Assembly: GCA_963841535.1 (NCBI GenBank)
Contig: CAWJDF010000002.1
Span: 328,635-392,634 of the forward strand
DNA: 64,000 bases
From: an uncultured Solirubrobacterales bacterium
Lineage (GTDB): Bacteria; Actinomycetota; Thermoleophilia; Solirubrobacterales; Solirubrobacteraceae
Direction: 5' to 3'
Under the pieces are notes generated by a model. It ran no database searches. It saw only the letters and a list, made by a program, of their open reading frames with translations, and was not told the DNA's origin. This document shows, piece by piece, positions 1-8,596 of this stretch. Both the position numbers and the translations under genes were made by a program. The stretch's first letter is position 1. Every line of letters begins with the position of its first letter.

Positions 1-1228
1 GCTCGCGGTCGGCGCGGTCGCGGGTGATGGCCGCCTCGGCCTCGCGCGTGGAGCGCTCGGGAGCGACCGGGTCGAAGGTGACCGCCACCGTCCGCACGAC
101 GCTCGAGCGACCCAGCAGGGCGTCCATGAACATCGGGGACACGTCCACGCGCGGCCACTCGCCGATCCAGAACGTGGCGTGCCACGCTCCGTCTGAGCGG
201 TAGTGCTCCCAGTGCTCGCGCGCGCCGAGCGGCCAGGCGTTGGCCTCTCTGAGTCCGAGGCGGGTCGGGTCAGCCGCCTCGAGGGCAGCCAATTCCGCGC
301 GGGCGTAGGGATCGAACGCCGTCCTCAGGACCCGGGCGAGCTGGCCCGGGCCGAGGGCGCCGAGCACGGACACCTCGGCCGCCTCGAGTCCCTCCGCCAA
401 GCGCTCGGTCTGCTCGATCAGGGTGTGCATGCCGGCGTCGCGGCCCCGGTCGGCAGCGCGCCGCGGATCGATCTGAACCGCGATCAGGACCTCGTGTTCC
501 TGGGCGGCGCGGGTGCTTGCACCGATCAGCTCCAGGTAGGACTCGATCATCGCCGTGCCCCGGAGCGGAACGGCGGGGTCGCGCTCGTCGTGCAGCCAAC
601 GGGCCAACTCGTCCCCCTGGGCGGGCACGGTTCGCTCGAGCCACTGGAGGCGGCGCACGGGGCCACCGGCGGCTCCCGACAGGATCAGGCCCCATCGCGC
701 CAGTCGCCGCTCCTGCGCCTCCGGATCGAGCAGCGAGAACGCGAGCACGCGGCAGGCCAGAACCGCGGTCAGCCGGCGCCGGCGCTGCTCGGACAGCACG
801 CCGATGACCCGGTCTCGGTAGGGGATCTCGAGAACTCGGACGCCTTTGACGATCGCGGGCGGATCCGGCTCGGGGTGTCTGAGCAGACGCCGCCACCGGC
901 CCGCCCGCTCGGCCGCGAGCATGCCCGCGGCGGGGGCGCTCGAGCTAAAGCGGCCCCGTCCTCGGGCGCGGCGCAACGCGAACGACAGCGCGATCGGGGC
1001 CCACTCCTCGGCCGTGCGACGGCCCATCGGCGCGAAGGCCGCCACCACCGAGAGGCCGAACACGAGCACCCCGAGGAACGCGCCCGCCGCAGTCGGTTCC
1101 TGGTCCAGGGCCACGATCGCGGCAACAGCTCCGGCGGCCACCAACGCGACCTGGCCGGCACGCAATTGGCCGAGGATCCCGCGGCGCTCCACCGGACCGA
1201 ACCGGTAGCTGAGGCGCTCGCCGGTCAT
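1..1228 (-). CDS. SCO6880-family / PrgI(VirB3)-like membrane protein of actinobacterial T4SS-like clusters; runs off the left edge
   Basis: Not in ORF track (no stop in window). ATG at 1228 overlaps TGA of the upstream gene (ATGA). Manual translation MTGERLSYRFGPVERRGILGQLRAGQVALVAAG..., 2 TM segments, ...VRRLQWLERTVP...AWHATFWIGEWPRVDVSPMFMDALL, typical of SCO6880-like proteins. Confidence 0.8.
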   Translation of the reverse strand, partial: MTGERLSYRFGPVERRGILGQLRAGQVALVAAGAVAAIVALDQEPTAAGAFLGVLVFGLSVVAAFAPMGRRTAEEWAPIALSFALRRARGRGRFSSSAPAAGMLAAERAGRWRRLLRHPEPDPPAIVKGVRVLEIPYRDRVIGVLSEQRRRRLTAVLACRVLAFSLLDPEAQERRLARWGLILSGAAGGPVRRLQWLERTVPAQGDELARWLHDERDPAVPLRGTAMIESYLELIGASTRAAQEHEVLIAVQIDPRRAADRGRDAGMHTLIEQTERLAEGLEAAEVSVLGALGPGQLARVLRTAFDPYARAELAALEAADPTRLGLREANAWPLGAREHWEHYRSDGAWHATFWIGEWPRVDVSPMFMDALLGRSSVVRTVAVTFDPVAPERSTREAEAAITRDRADRE

Positions 1229-2724
1229 TCGGCGTCCGGATGCGGGTGGACCACGGTGTCGCCGAAGTTCGGCCCGAGCTCGAGCGTCGGGCGCTCGCTC
1301 CAGGGGACGTCCCGGGGCGGTGGCGGGTCTTGCGGCGGGATCGTGGCGCCGTCGGTTGGTGCCGCGCCGCCGGGCGTGCCGCCCGGACCGTCACCACCGG
1401 GGGTGCCGCCCGGACCGTCGCCACCGGGACCGCCGCCAGGACCGCCACCGCCGGGCGCGTCGCCAGGACCGTCACGACCAGGACCCCCGCCTGGGCTACC
1501 CCCGCCGCCACCGTCGGGAGCACTCGGCTCGCCGGCGCCGGCCATCCGCCGCACGGCGTCGCGGTGCATATCGGCAGCGGTGTTCCTCACCCAGTTGGCG
1601 CCGCTCTCGGCGTACCCCACCGCTTTCCCGGCCGGTTCGGCGGTCGAGCGCATCCCACCCCGGATGACTTCCGCGGCCCCGGTGGCGATCTCGGCCAGCG
1701 GCACCAGGCGCAGCAGCGCCCAGGGCGAGATCGCGGCCAGCATGACCAGCACGGTTCCGGCCATCGCTCCGGACACGCTGTGGTCCCCCGGCGCGGCGCT
1801 GATCGCGGCGCCACCAAGTGACAGCACTGCCACGATCGCGAACTTCGACAGGATCAAGGCGACGAGCAGCTCGACTCCACGAACGGCCCAGATTCGGCGG
1901 GCGGGCCAGGCAAGCGCTGCGAAGGCCAACGGAAGCATCAGGACGACCACGTACACCGCTGCCTCGCGGAGCAGCAGCTCGATCCACAGCGCGAACCCGG
2001 CGCCTATCGCGAACAGACCGATGAAGAAGGCCAGGAACGGAGAGCCAACCACCGCGGTCAGACCCGCGAGCACGGCCCCTGCGTACGCCATGAAGTGGGC
2101 GCTCTCGTGGCCCGCGGCGGCGGAGATGAACGCGCAGAGCTCGTCCGAGGCCGCCAGCAGCATCGTCGTTACCGGCGCGGCGATCGCAATCGACAGGATG
2201 GCCAGCGGCAGGTAGCCGAACGCGGCCCTCGTCAGCAGCGCGACGTCTGAGCGGAGCGCCGCCTGCACGGTCGCCGCGAACAGGAACGGCAGCGTGAGCA
2301 GCGCGGCGATCGCTGCCATCCGCCAGTAGGTTGCGGAGAACCAGGTGGACTGCAGCTGCGGCGAGGTCGTCGCGCCGAGGGCGGTCGCCGTCTCGTGGAG
2401 TACGGCCGCGGCGCAACCCACGATCGCGGCGCCGATCGCGGCCAGTCCGATCGCGGTGCTGGCGGTCGCGACGACGCCGCCGACACCCCCGCCCAGGGTC
2501 GAGATCGCGCCGCCGACGTTTCCGGTGATGAGCTGCTTGCCGCCCTCGATGAGCGCGCCGCCGTTGGACAGCGCGCCGCAGCCGATACCGCAGGCCGCCT
2601 TGGGGATGTTGAGCTCGGCCATCGGCGAAACCCCGACAGGTCTCGCTTCCGCCGGTGGCGCCGTCAGCACCGACAGGCCCGCGGCGGTCAGCACGGCGAG
2701 GACGGCGATCCTGGCGCCGGTCAT
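1225..2724 (-). CDS. VirB6/TrbL-like (SCO6881-like) polytopic membrane protein with Gly/Pro-rich C-terminal tail
   Basis: C-terminal part of ORF 1225..3039. ATG 2724 overlaps TGA of the pilin-like gene. Signal peptide, ~6 TM segments, LWIELLLREAAVYVVVLMLPLAFAALAWP and LILSKFAIVAVLSLG motifs. Confidence 0.75.
   Translation of the reverse strand: MTGARIAVLAVLTAAGLSVLTAPPAEARPVGVSPMAELNIPKAACGIGCGALSNGGALIEGGKQLITGNVGGAISTLGGGVGGVVATASTAIGLAAIGAAIVGCAAAVLHETATALGATTSPQLQSTWFSATYWRMAAIAALLTLPFLFAATVQAALRSDVALLTRAAFGYLPLAILSIAIAAPVTTMLLAASDELCAFISAAAGHESAHFMAYAGAVLAGLTAVVGSPFLAFFIGLFAIGAGFALWIELLLREAAVYVVVLMLPLAFAALAWPARRIWAVRGVELLVALILSKFAIVAVLSLGGAAISAAPGDHSVSGAMAGTVLVMLAAISPWALLRLVPLAEIATGAAEVIRGGMRSTAEPAGKAVGYAESGANWVRNTAADMHRDAVRRMAGAGEPSAPDGGGGGSPGGGPGRDGPGDAPGGGGPGGGPGGDGPGGTPGGDGPGGTPGGAAPTDGATIPPQDPPPPRDVPWSERPTLELGPNFGDTVVHPHPDAE
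1365..1490 (-). repeat. Coding tandem repeats (GGDGPGGTP-like, ~27/18 bp units) in the VirB6-like tail
   Basis: Repeated GCCCGGACCGTC(A/G)CCACCGGG units. Confidence 0.7.
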
Positions 2725-3047
2725 TTCGCAGTGGCGCCTAGACGCTCGAAGAAGTTCACCAGCGCCGGTCCCGCCCCGATCACGAGCGCCGATGCCCCCG
2801 AGATGACCGCGGCCATGCGGCCTCGGGCCGCGTAGTGCGGGTTGTGCGCGTGTGAGGCGAGCGCCCACATCGCGGCGCCGACGAATGCGCCGAGCAGCGC
2901 AACGGCGAGCGCCCATGCCTCGGCGCCGTTCACGAGTTGCTGGAGCACGTTGCTGCCCGGCAACCCGCTCGGGTCGGGAGTGGCGGTGACGCCCTGCGAG
3001 CCGGAGGCGCCAAGACCCAGCACCACCCCTGGTAGCCATTCGACCAT
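2721..3047 (-). CDS. Pilin-like TrbC/VirB2-type (DUF6112-like) small membrane protein
   Basis: 108 aa; PDPSGLPGS motif followed by two hydrophobic helices separated by a basic loop; GGAGG SD at 3059-3055. Confidence 0.75.
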   Translation of the reverse strand: MVEWLPGVVLGLGASGSQGVTATPDPSGLPGSNVLQQLVNGAEAWALAVALLGAFVGAAMWALASHAHNPHYAARGRMAAVISGASALVIGAGPALVNFFERLGATAK

Positions 3048-3177
3048 ATAGAAACCTCCGAGTCCAATTGAGTCAAATAGAAGCTATTTGAATCTAGCAT
3101 TCCTCATGAGAGCCTGCTAGGGTTTGTTCGCATCAATTTAGTCTCAATTAGATTCAACATGGCTACTATTGAGAGTA
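3048..3177. promoter_or_regulatory. AT-rich divergent promoter region with 10-bp-period direct repeats and two extended -10 elements
   Basis: Minus strand 3096-3057: TAGATTCAAA TAGCTTCTAT TTGACTCAAT TGGACTCGGA. Plus strand 3139-3158: TAGTCTCAAT TAGATTCAAC. TGCTAGGGT (+, 3115-3123) and TGCTAGATT (-, 3099-3091) match TGn-TANNNT. Confidence 0.75.
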
Positions 3178-3668
3178 CGGTCGGCGTCGGTGACGTAGGC
3201 GAGCTATACGGCCTGTTGGCGAGGCGCCTCGAACAGCTCGTCCGGTTGGACGTGCGCGCGCCGGACGTCGTGATAGAGGATGCGTGTCAGTTCGCCTGGA
3301 GCGCGCTGCTGCACCATCGCGACCGCGTCCAGCCGGAGACCGTGATGACCTGGCTCGTCCGAACCGCGGTTCACGAGGCGTTCAAGCTGCTGCGGCGCGC
3401 CCGGCGCGAGTTCTCGCTGGAAGCGGCCGCCGAAGACCTGATGCCGGCGGCCATGGGCTGGGAGCTCGCGCCATTCGAGCTGCTCGAGCGCTGCGAGCGG
3501 CTGGCTGAGCTCGGTCGCCTCCCGGCGCGCCAGCAGCGTGCACTCTGGCTACACGCGCTCGGTCTCAGCTACAGAGAGATTGCCCGGCACGAGGGGTGCA
3601 CGACTCGCACCGTCGAGCGGCAGTTGCTGCGCGCCCGCAAGACGATCAAGGAGACCGCGCGCGCTTAG
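3159..3668 (+). CDS. ECF-type sigma-70 family RNA polymerase sigma factor
   Basis: Region 2 (EDACQFAW...TWLVRTAVHEA) and region 4 (LPARQQRALWLHALGLSYREIARHEGCTTRTVERQLLRAR). Confidence 0.8.
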   Translation: MATIESTVGVGDVGELYGLLARRLEQLVRLDVRAPDVVIEDACQFAWSALLHHRDRVQPETVMTWLVRTAVHEAFKLLRRARREFSLEAAAEDLMPAAMGWELAPFELLERCERLAELGRLPARQQRALWLHALGLSYREIARHEGCTTRTVERQLLRARKTIKETARA

Positions 3669-3678
3669 CGCGCGCTTA

Positions 3679-4924
3679 GTGGTCGTCTTCCGAAATACGC
3701 GGCGAGTTTGAAGGAGTCATAACGCTGGCGGCGAATCCTGGTGGTGATGGCGCAGATCTCTCCGCACCAGGTGGTCTTGAGCGATGAGGAGCGGCGCGAG
3801 CTTGAGCGGCGCGCGGCGGCGTACTCGGGCGCGTACCGCGATGTGGTGCGGGCGAAGGCAATCTTGCTGGCGGCCGAGGGGCACTCGAACACGGAGATCG
3901 CCGAGCGATTGGACCAGTCGCGCCAGGCCGTGTCGACGTGGCGAAAACGGTTCTGCGAGGAAGGGCTGCAAGGTCTCGAAGAGAGACCGCGGCCGGGTCG
4001 GCCGCGGCGTTTTTCCCCCGGCGCAAGTGGCCGAGGTCAAGGCGCTGGCGTGCGAGCTGCCGGCCGAACAGGGCGTTCCGCTCTCGCGCTGGTCCAGCGC
4101 TGAGCTCGCGCGCGAGGCGGTCAAGCGGGGGATCGTCGCGACGATCGCGGCGATCACGATCTGGCGCTGGCTTGCGGAGGACGCGATCCGCCCGTGGAGC
4201 TACCGCTCGTGGATCTTTCCGCGGGACCCGGAGTTCGCCGAGAAGGCCGGCCGGGTGCTGGATCTGTACGAGGGCCGGTGGGAGGGGCAGCTGCTCGAGC
4301 CTGGCGATTTCGTCGTGTGCGCGGATGAGAAGCCATCAATCCAAGCCCGTGCACGCAAGCATCCGACCGTCCTAACGCCCGCTGGCCAGCTGGTCGAGCA
4401 TGAGTACGAGCGCAAGGGTGCGCTCTGCTACCTCGCCGCCTGGGACGTTCGCCGCGCGAGGCTGTTCGATCGCTGCGCCCCGAAGGACGGGATCGTCCCG
4501 TTCGATCAACTGGTCGAGCAGTTCATGACCCAGGAGCCCTATAGCAAGGCGCAGCGCGTGTTCCTGATCGTCGACAACGGCAGCGCGCACCGCGGCCAGC
4601 GCTCGATCGACCGCCTCCAAGGCGCTTGGCCGAACCTGACCCTGGTTCATACGCCGGTGCACGCCAGCTGGCTCAACCAAGCCGAGATCTACTTCTCGGT
4701 CGCGCAACGCAAGGTGCTGCAACCCAACAACTTCCCCGATCTCGACACCCTCGAGCGAACGCTGCTGGCGTTCGGCCGGCACTACGAGCAGATCGCCCAA
4801 CCGTTCGAGTGGAAGTTCACCCGCCAAGACCTCCACCGGCTCCTCGAGCGACTCGAGCAGCCCACCCCGCGACTTCAGCTCGCCGCATGACCGAACCCGT
4901 CAACGCACTTGAGAAGACGACCAC
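3679..4924 (+). mobile_element. IS630-family insertion sequence
   Basis: Terminal IRs GTGGTCGTCTTC (3679-3690) / GAAGACGACCAC (4913-4924); flanking TTA duplication (3676-3678, 4925-4927) in CTTAG context. Confidence 0.9.
3747..4890 (+). CDS. IS630 transposase split in two frames (HTH orfA 3747-4103; DDE orfB to 4890), joined by a +1 shift at T5C5 4010-4019
   Basis: orfA HTH (RAKAILLAAEG...WRKRF...RPGRPR); orfB VCADEK, IVDNGSAH, TPVHASWLNQAE DDE motifs. Confidence 0.9.
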
Positions 4925-4928
4925 TTAG

Positions 4929-5393
4929 TTAGCGCGCGCGTCCGCGCTTGCGCCGGCGGCGCTCAGCCGGGCTGAGCTTGCGCGGCTTGGTGCGCTGCTT
5001 GGATCCCGTGCGCCGGCCCTCGCCGATCGCCCCCGTGGCACGCGTCCGCGCCGGCGCGCGCCGGCGGGCGTCGCGCCAGATGAACAGCGAGATGCCCCCG
5101 AGCACGATGATCGCCCCGATCGCGATGATGAACGCGGAGCTGCCACTGAATCCGCTCCCGCTGCCGGCGCTTGTCGTGCCCGTGACCGTCGGGGCGACCG
5201 TGGTCGGCGTCGCCGGGATCGACACGCTCGGCTGGGGGAAGCCGAGGGAGAGGGGATTGCTTCCCGGCTGCGCGCCGAGCGACTGCGTGGCTGCTGGCGC
5301 CTGCGTGGCCGTGGTCGACGCCGCCAGCGCCGCCGGTGGCAGGGCAAGCGCCGCTCCGAGGAGCGCCGCGAGGAGAAGTCGTACCGCTTTCAA
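4929..5393 (-). CDS. Exported Ser/Thr/Pro-rich protein with C-terminal TM helix and basic tail
   Basis: TTG start at 5393 after GGGGGA; signal peptide, low-complexity S/T/P linker, TM FIIAIGAIIVLGGISLFIW, Arg/Lys-rich tail. Confidence 0.65.
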   Translation of the reverse strand: MKAVRLLLAALLGAALALPPAALAASTTATQAPAATQSLGAQPGSNPLSLGFPQPSVSIPATPTTVAPTVTGTTSAGSGSGFSGSSAFIIAIGAIIVLGGISLFIWRDARRRAPARTRATGAIGEGRRTGSKQRTKPRKLSPAERRRRKRGRAR

Positions 5394-5409
5394 TCCCCCC
5401 CGCAGACTC

Positions 5410-6924
5410 TTACGCGAGCGGGTGCTCCATCGCCGGCGTCTCGGGCGCATCGACGTAGGGCTGCTCGTCCGGGACATCTTCCTCGTGGTACACGCTCTCG
5501 GCGTTGACCGCCCAGATGTCGTGGTGGGAGCCCGTAAGGATGTTGTCTACGGCGCGCATCGCGGTCAGCATCGAGTGATCGGAGTTGTTGTAGCGGTGGA
5601 GGCCGTTGCGGCCGACCTGCTGGAGGTTCTCGATCCCGGTCAGCCAGCCGCGGATCGTGGCCACTCGCTCCGGATACTCAACGTCGTACATCGGATAGGC
5701 CTTGTGCACGCGGACGACGAAGCCGAACTTGACCTGATCGGCGCGGGCCAGGTGAAGCTTGGCCAGCTCGGCGGAGGCCATCGCGACGAGGTCATCGTCG
5801 TCCATGCTCCAGATCTCATCGCCCTCGAAGCAGAAGTACTCCATCCCGATCGACGTGTCGGTGTCGTTTGGAACCATCCAGGGGCTCCAGGAGCGGAAGT
5901 TCTGGATCCGCAGCACCTTCACGCCCGGCTGATGGATGTAGATCCAGTTGTCGGAGAACAGCTCGGGGCTGTCGATCACGAGCGCGACGGTGAGGAAGTC
6001 CCGGTAGCGCAGGCCGCGCGCGGCGTCACGCACCTCGACCGGCGCCTCGGGCTCGGCGATCCCGACCGTCGTCCGCAGCGGTAGGGAGGAGATGACGTAC
6101 GAAGGCGTGATCGTCTCCCCGCCGGCGACGAGCTCGACCACACGTCCGTTCTCAATGCGCAGACGGGTGACCGGCGCGTTCAGCCTGACCTCTCCGCCGT
6201 GGGCGCGGATGTCCTCGGTCATCTGCTCCCACATCTGGCCCGGGCCGAAGCGGGGGTAGTTGAACTCGGAGATCAGCGACTTGATCTTGTTGCCCTTGTT
6301 GCCGACGAACGCCGCCTTGGCGGCGGCGAAGAACGACAGGCCCTTGATCCGCTGGGCGGCGAACTCGGAGCGGATCTCGGTGCACGGGACGCCCCACAGC
6401 TTCTCGGAGTACGTCTTGAAGAAGTGCTGATAGAGCCGCTTGCCGAAGCGGTTGGACACCCACGCCTCGAACGTGTCCTCCTGGCCCTTGGGCTTGACCG
6501 CGGCCCACAGATACGACACGCCGCACCGGACCAGTTCGACCGGTCCCAGCTTGCGGATCACGTCCATCCCCTGGAGCGGGTAGTCGAGGAACTTGTCGTT
6601 CCAGTAGATCCGCGACTGCCGGGGCCGCCGCAGGAACTCCTCCTTCATGATCTCGTGCCAGAGGTCGTCGACCTCTCTGGACTTCGTGAAGAACCGGTGC
6701 CCTCCGAGGTCGAACCGGTAGCCGTCGCGCACCTCGGTGCGCGCGATGCCGCCCACCTGGTCGGTCGACTCGAGCACGATCACCGGCTTGCCCTGCTTGG
6801 CCAGCAGATAGCCGGCGGTCAGCCCCGCGGGGCCGCCCCCGAGGGCCAGGACCGGCCGCTCGGGCGTGATGTCCGCGCCGTGGCCGGCGCCATCTGGGCT
6901 GGGTGAGGGGGCGGATTCGCTCAT
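5410..6924 (-). CDS. NAD(P)/FAD-dependent oxidoreductase (HemY/UDP-galactopyranose mutase-like, glycan-cluster type)
   Basis: GGGPAGLTAG dinucleotide fold, FDLGGHRFFTK, GRNGLHRYNNSDHSM. Confidence 0.85.
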   Translation of the reverse strand: MSESAPSPSPDGAGHGADITPERPVLALGGGPAGLTAGYLLAKQGKPVIVLESTDQVGGIARTEVRDGYRFDLGGHRFFTKSREVDDLWHEIMKEEFLRRPRQSRIYWNDKFLDYPLQGMDVIRKLGPVELVRCGVSYLWAAVKPKGQEDTFEAWVSNRFGKRLYQHFFKTYSEKLWGVPCTEIRSEFAAQRIKGLSFFAAAKAAFVGNKGNKIKSLISEFNYPRFGPGQMWEQMTEDIRAHGGEVRLNAPVTRLRIENGRVVELVAGGETITPSYVISSLPLRTTVGIAEPEAPVEVRDAARGLRYRDFLTVALVIDSPELFSDNWIYIHQPGVKVLRIQNFRSWSPWMVPNDTDTSIGMEYFCFEGDEIWSMDDDDLVAMASAELAKLHLARADQVKFGFVVRVHKAYPMYDVEYPERVATIRGWLTGIENLQQVGRNGLHRYNNSDHSMLTAMRAVDNILTGSHHDIWAVNAESVYHEEDVPDEQPYVDAPETPAMEHPLA

Positions 6925-6933
6925 CTCGGGATG

Positions 6934-8541
6934 TCAGGAGACCTTCTGATAGAGAACTGCGCTGTAGGCGAGGATGCTGGCTCCACGGTAGTTGTGGGGC
7001 GCGACCGCCACCGCCTTCAACACTCCTTGGTTGACGTCGTTCTGGAGGATCTGACCCCACTGCGCGGCGCGCAGTCGTACCAGAGACGTCCAGGACGCCT
7101 TCCAGTTCTTGGCGCCCTCCGTCAGCGGTCGTATGTACAGCAGTTGCTGTCCCGGCCTGAGGCTAGCAACCAGGGGGTCGAGGGTCGGTGCCGGGGGCGC
7201 GTGCCGCAGGCGCGTGAGCGCGTCGACCCAATTCATGTAGCTCGGGTCGCTAACCGGGCCGATGGTGGTCGCGTACCGAAGACCCGACGGCAGGTAGTAC
7301 CAGGCCAGCGGCGCCGAGTCCGGCTGCGCGCTGACGACCAAGTCGCCGCGGTGAAGCAGCGGCGTGGCCTCGCCGCTGACGTCTTGCATGTCGCTCTTGT
7401 ACTTGGGTGCGTAGGACGAGATGTGGACGATGAAGGCCAGGAACAGCGTGATCATGACCAGGCCCACGACGCCCGACCGCGCGGCGCCCCACGCGGCCAG
7501 CAGCAGGATCGCCGCCAGCAGCGGGGCCATGTAGCGCGCCACGAAGGCCGGCGTGATCTGCGAGGCCAGCCAGGCGATGATCAGCGTGCCCGCGATCAGC
7601 CAGATCAGCGACCACATGACGGTGCCCTCGCGTGTGCGCCGGAGGCGCTTGGTGAACAGCGGCGCGAGCCCGAGGATCCAGGCCGTGATCAGCGCGACCG
7701 TGATCCGATCGGAGCCCAGAAGGTCGCGCGACAGCAGGACCGGGACGCCGAAGCGGATCGTCGGCGCCCACGGCGCACCGGTGTGGGTCGCCTGGTAGAA
7801 GAAGTTCGGGACCCAGGGCAGGAACAGGATGCCGGCGCCCACATACGCGAGCACGGCATCGCGCACGACGCCGCGCCGGTCCTCGCTCACCCGCCAGATC
7901 GGGATCAGCGCGACCACCAGTCCGGCCCCGAAGAACAGACCCCAGGCGTGCGTGTAGAGCATCAGCGCCTGGCAGACCGCGAACAGGATCAGATAGCCCC
8001 GTCGCCGATAGACGAACGCGTGGATGAAGGCGGTGGTCTCCAGGATGCCGAGCAGCGCCATCAGCTCGTACATCCGCGTCTCCATCGCGTACGCGGTCAA
8101 GAACGTGCTGAGCGCGCACAGGACCGCCATGTACAGACCGGCCCGGCGGCCGAACAGGCTCCACCCCGCCCACATGCCCGCTGGGATGCACAGCAGCCCG
8201 AACAGGAGCGACAGCGCGTGCGTCGCCGATTCGCTGGCGCCGAAGATGCTGATCCAGACGTGGAGCAGCATGTAGAAGAGTGGCGGCGAGCCGTCGTGGC
8301 GCAGGACGCCGGGGATCGCGCTGAGCGAGTGTGATGCGATCCCGGTGGTGATCGCCTCGTCCTCCCAGAACTGCCCGATGGGCGCGCTGAGATAGCGCGT
8401 CCGGACGTACGCGGAGATCGCCATGAGCACGATCAGCACGACGGTCGTGCTGGCCCAGACAGGGATGCGCTCGAGCCGCTTGGGTTGCCGGACGTCGGCT
8501 ACGCGCGGGATGCCGCCCGGCGGAGCGGTGACGGTGGCCAT
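6934..8541 (-). CDS. GT-C glycosyltransferase (family 39/PMT-like)
   Basis: FWEDEA acidic loop, DGSPPLFYMLLH, ETRMY; many TM segments. Confidence 0.85.
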   Translation of the reverse strand: MATVTAPPGGIPRVADVRQPKRLERIPVWASTTVVLIVLMAISAYVRTRYLSAPIGQFWEDEAITTGIASHSLSAIPGVLRHDGSPPLFYMLLHVWISIFGASESATHALSLLFGLLCIPAGMWAGWSLFGRRAGLYMAVLCALSTFLTAYAMETRMYELMALLGILETTAFIHAFVYRRRGYLILFAVCQALMLYTHAWGLFFGAGLVVALIPIWRVSEDRRGVVRDAVLAYVGAGILFLPWVPNFFYQATHTGAPWAPTIRFGVPVLLSRDLLGSDRITVALITAWILGLAPLFTKRLRRTREGTVMWSLIWLIAGTLIIAWLASQITPAFVARYMAPLLAAILLLAAWGAARSGVVGLVMITLFLAFIVHISSYAPKYKSDMQDVSGEATPLLHRGDLVVSAQPDSAPLAWYYLPSGLRYATTIGPVSDPSYMNWVDALTRLRHAPPAPTLDPLVASLRPGQQLLYIRPLTEGAKNWKASWTSLVRLRAAQWGQILQNDVNQGVLKAVAVAPHNYRGASILAYSAVLYQKVS

Positions 8542-8596
8542 TAGTGGCCGCCCCCGTAAGTACGGTCGAATGCGGCCGTATTTGCGGGGGAGGCCA

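Noticed and set aside
203-2215. 670-aa plus-strand ORF and many other long overlapping ORFs (e.g. 39043-40980, 40028-42298, 30338-31987)
   Set aside because: Shadow frames of real genes in high-GC DNA; Arg/Pro/Gly-rich and without family motifs.
1225-3039. Single 604-aa protein
   Set aside because: The first ~105 codons overlap the pilin-like gene in another frame; the ATGA overlap at 2721-2724 marks the real start.
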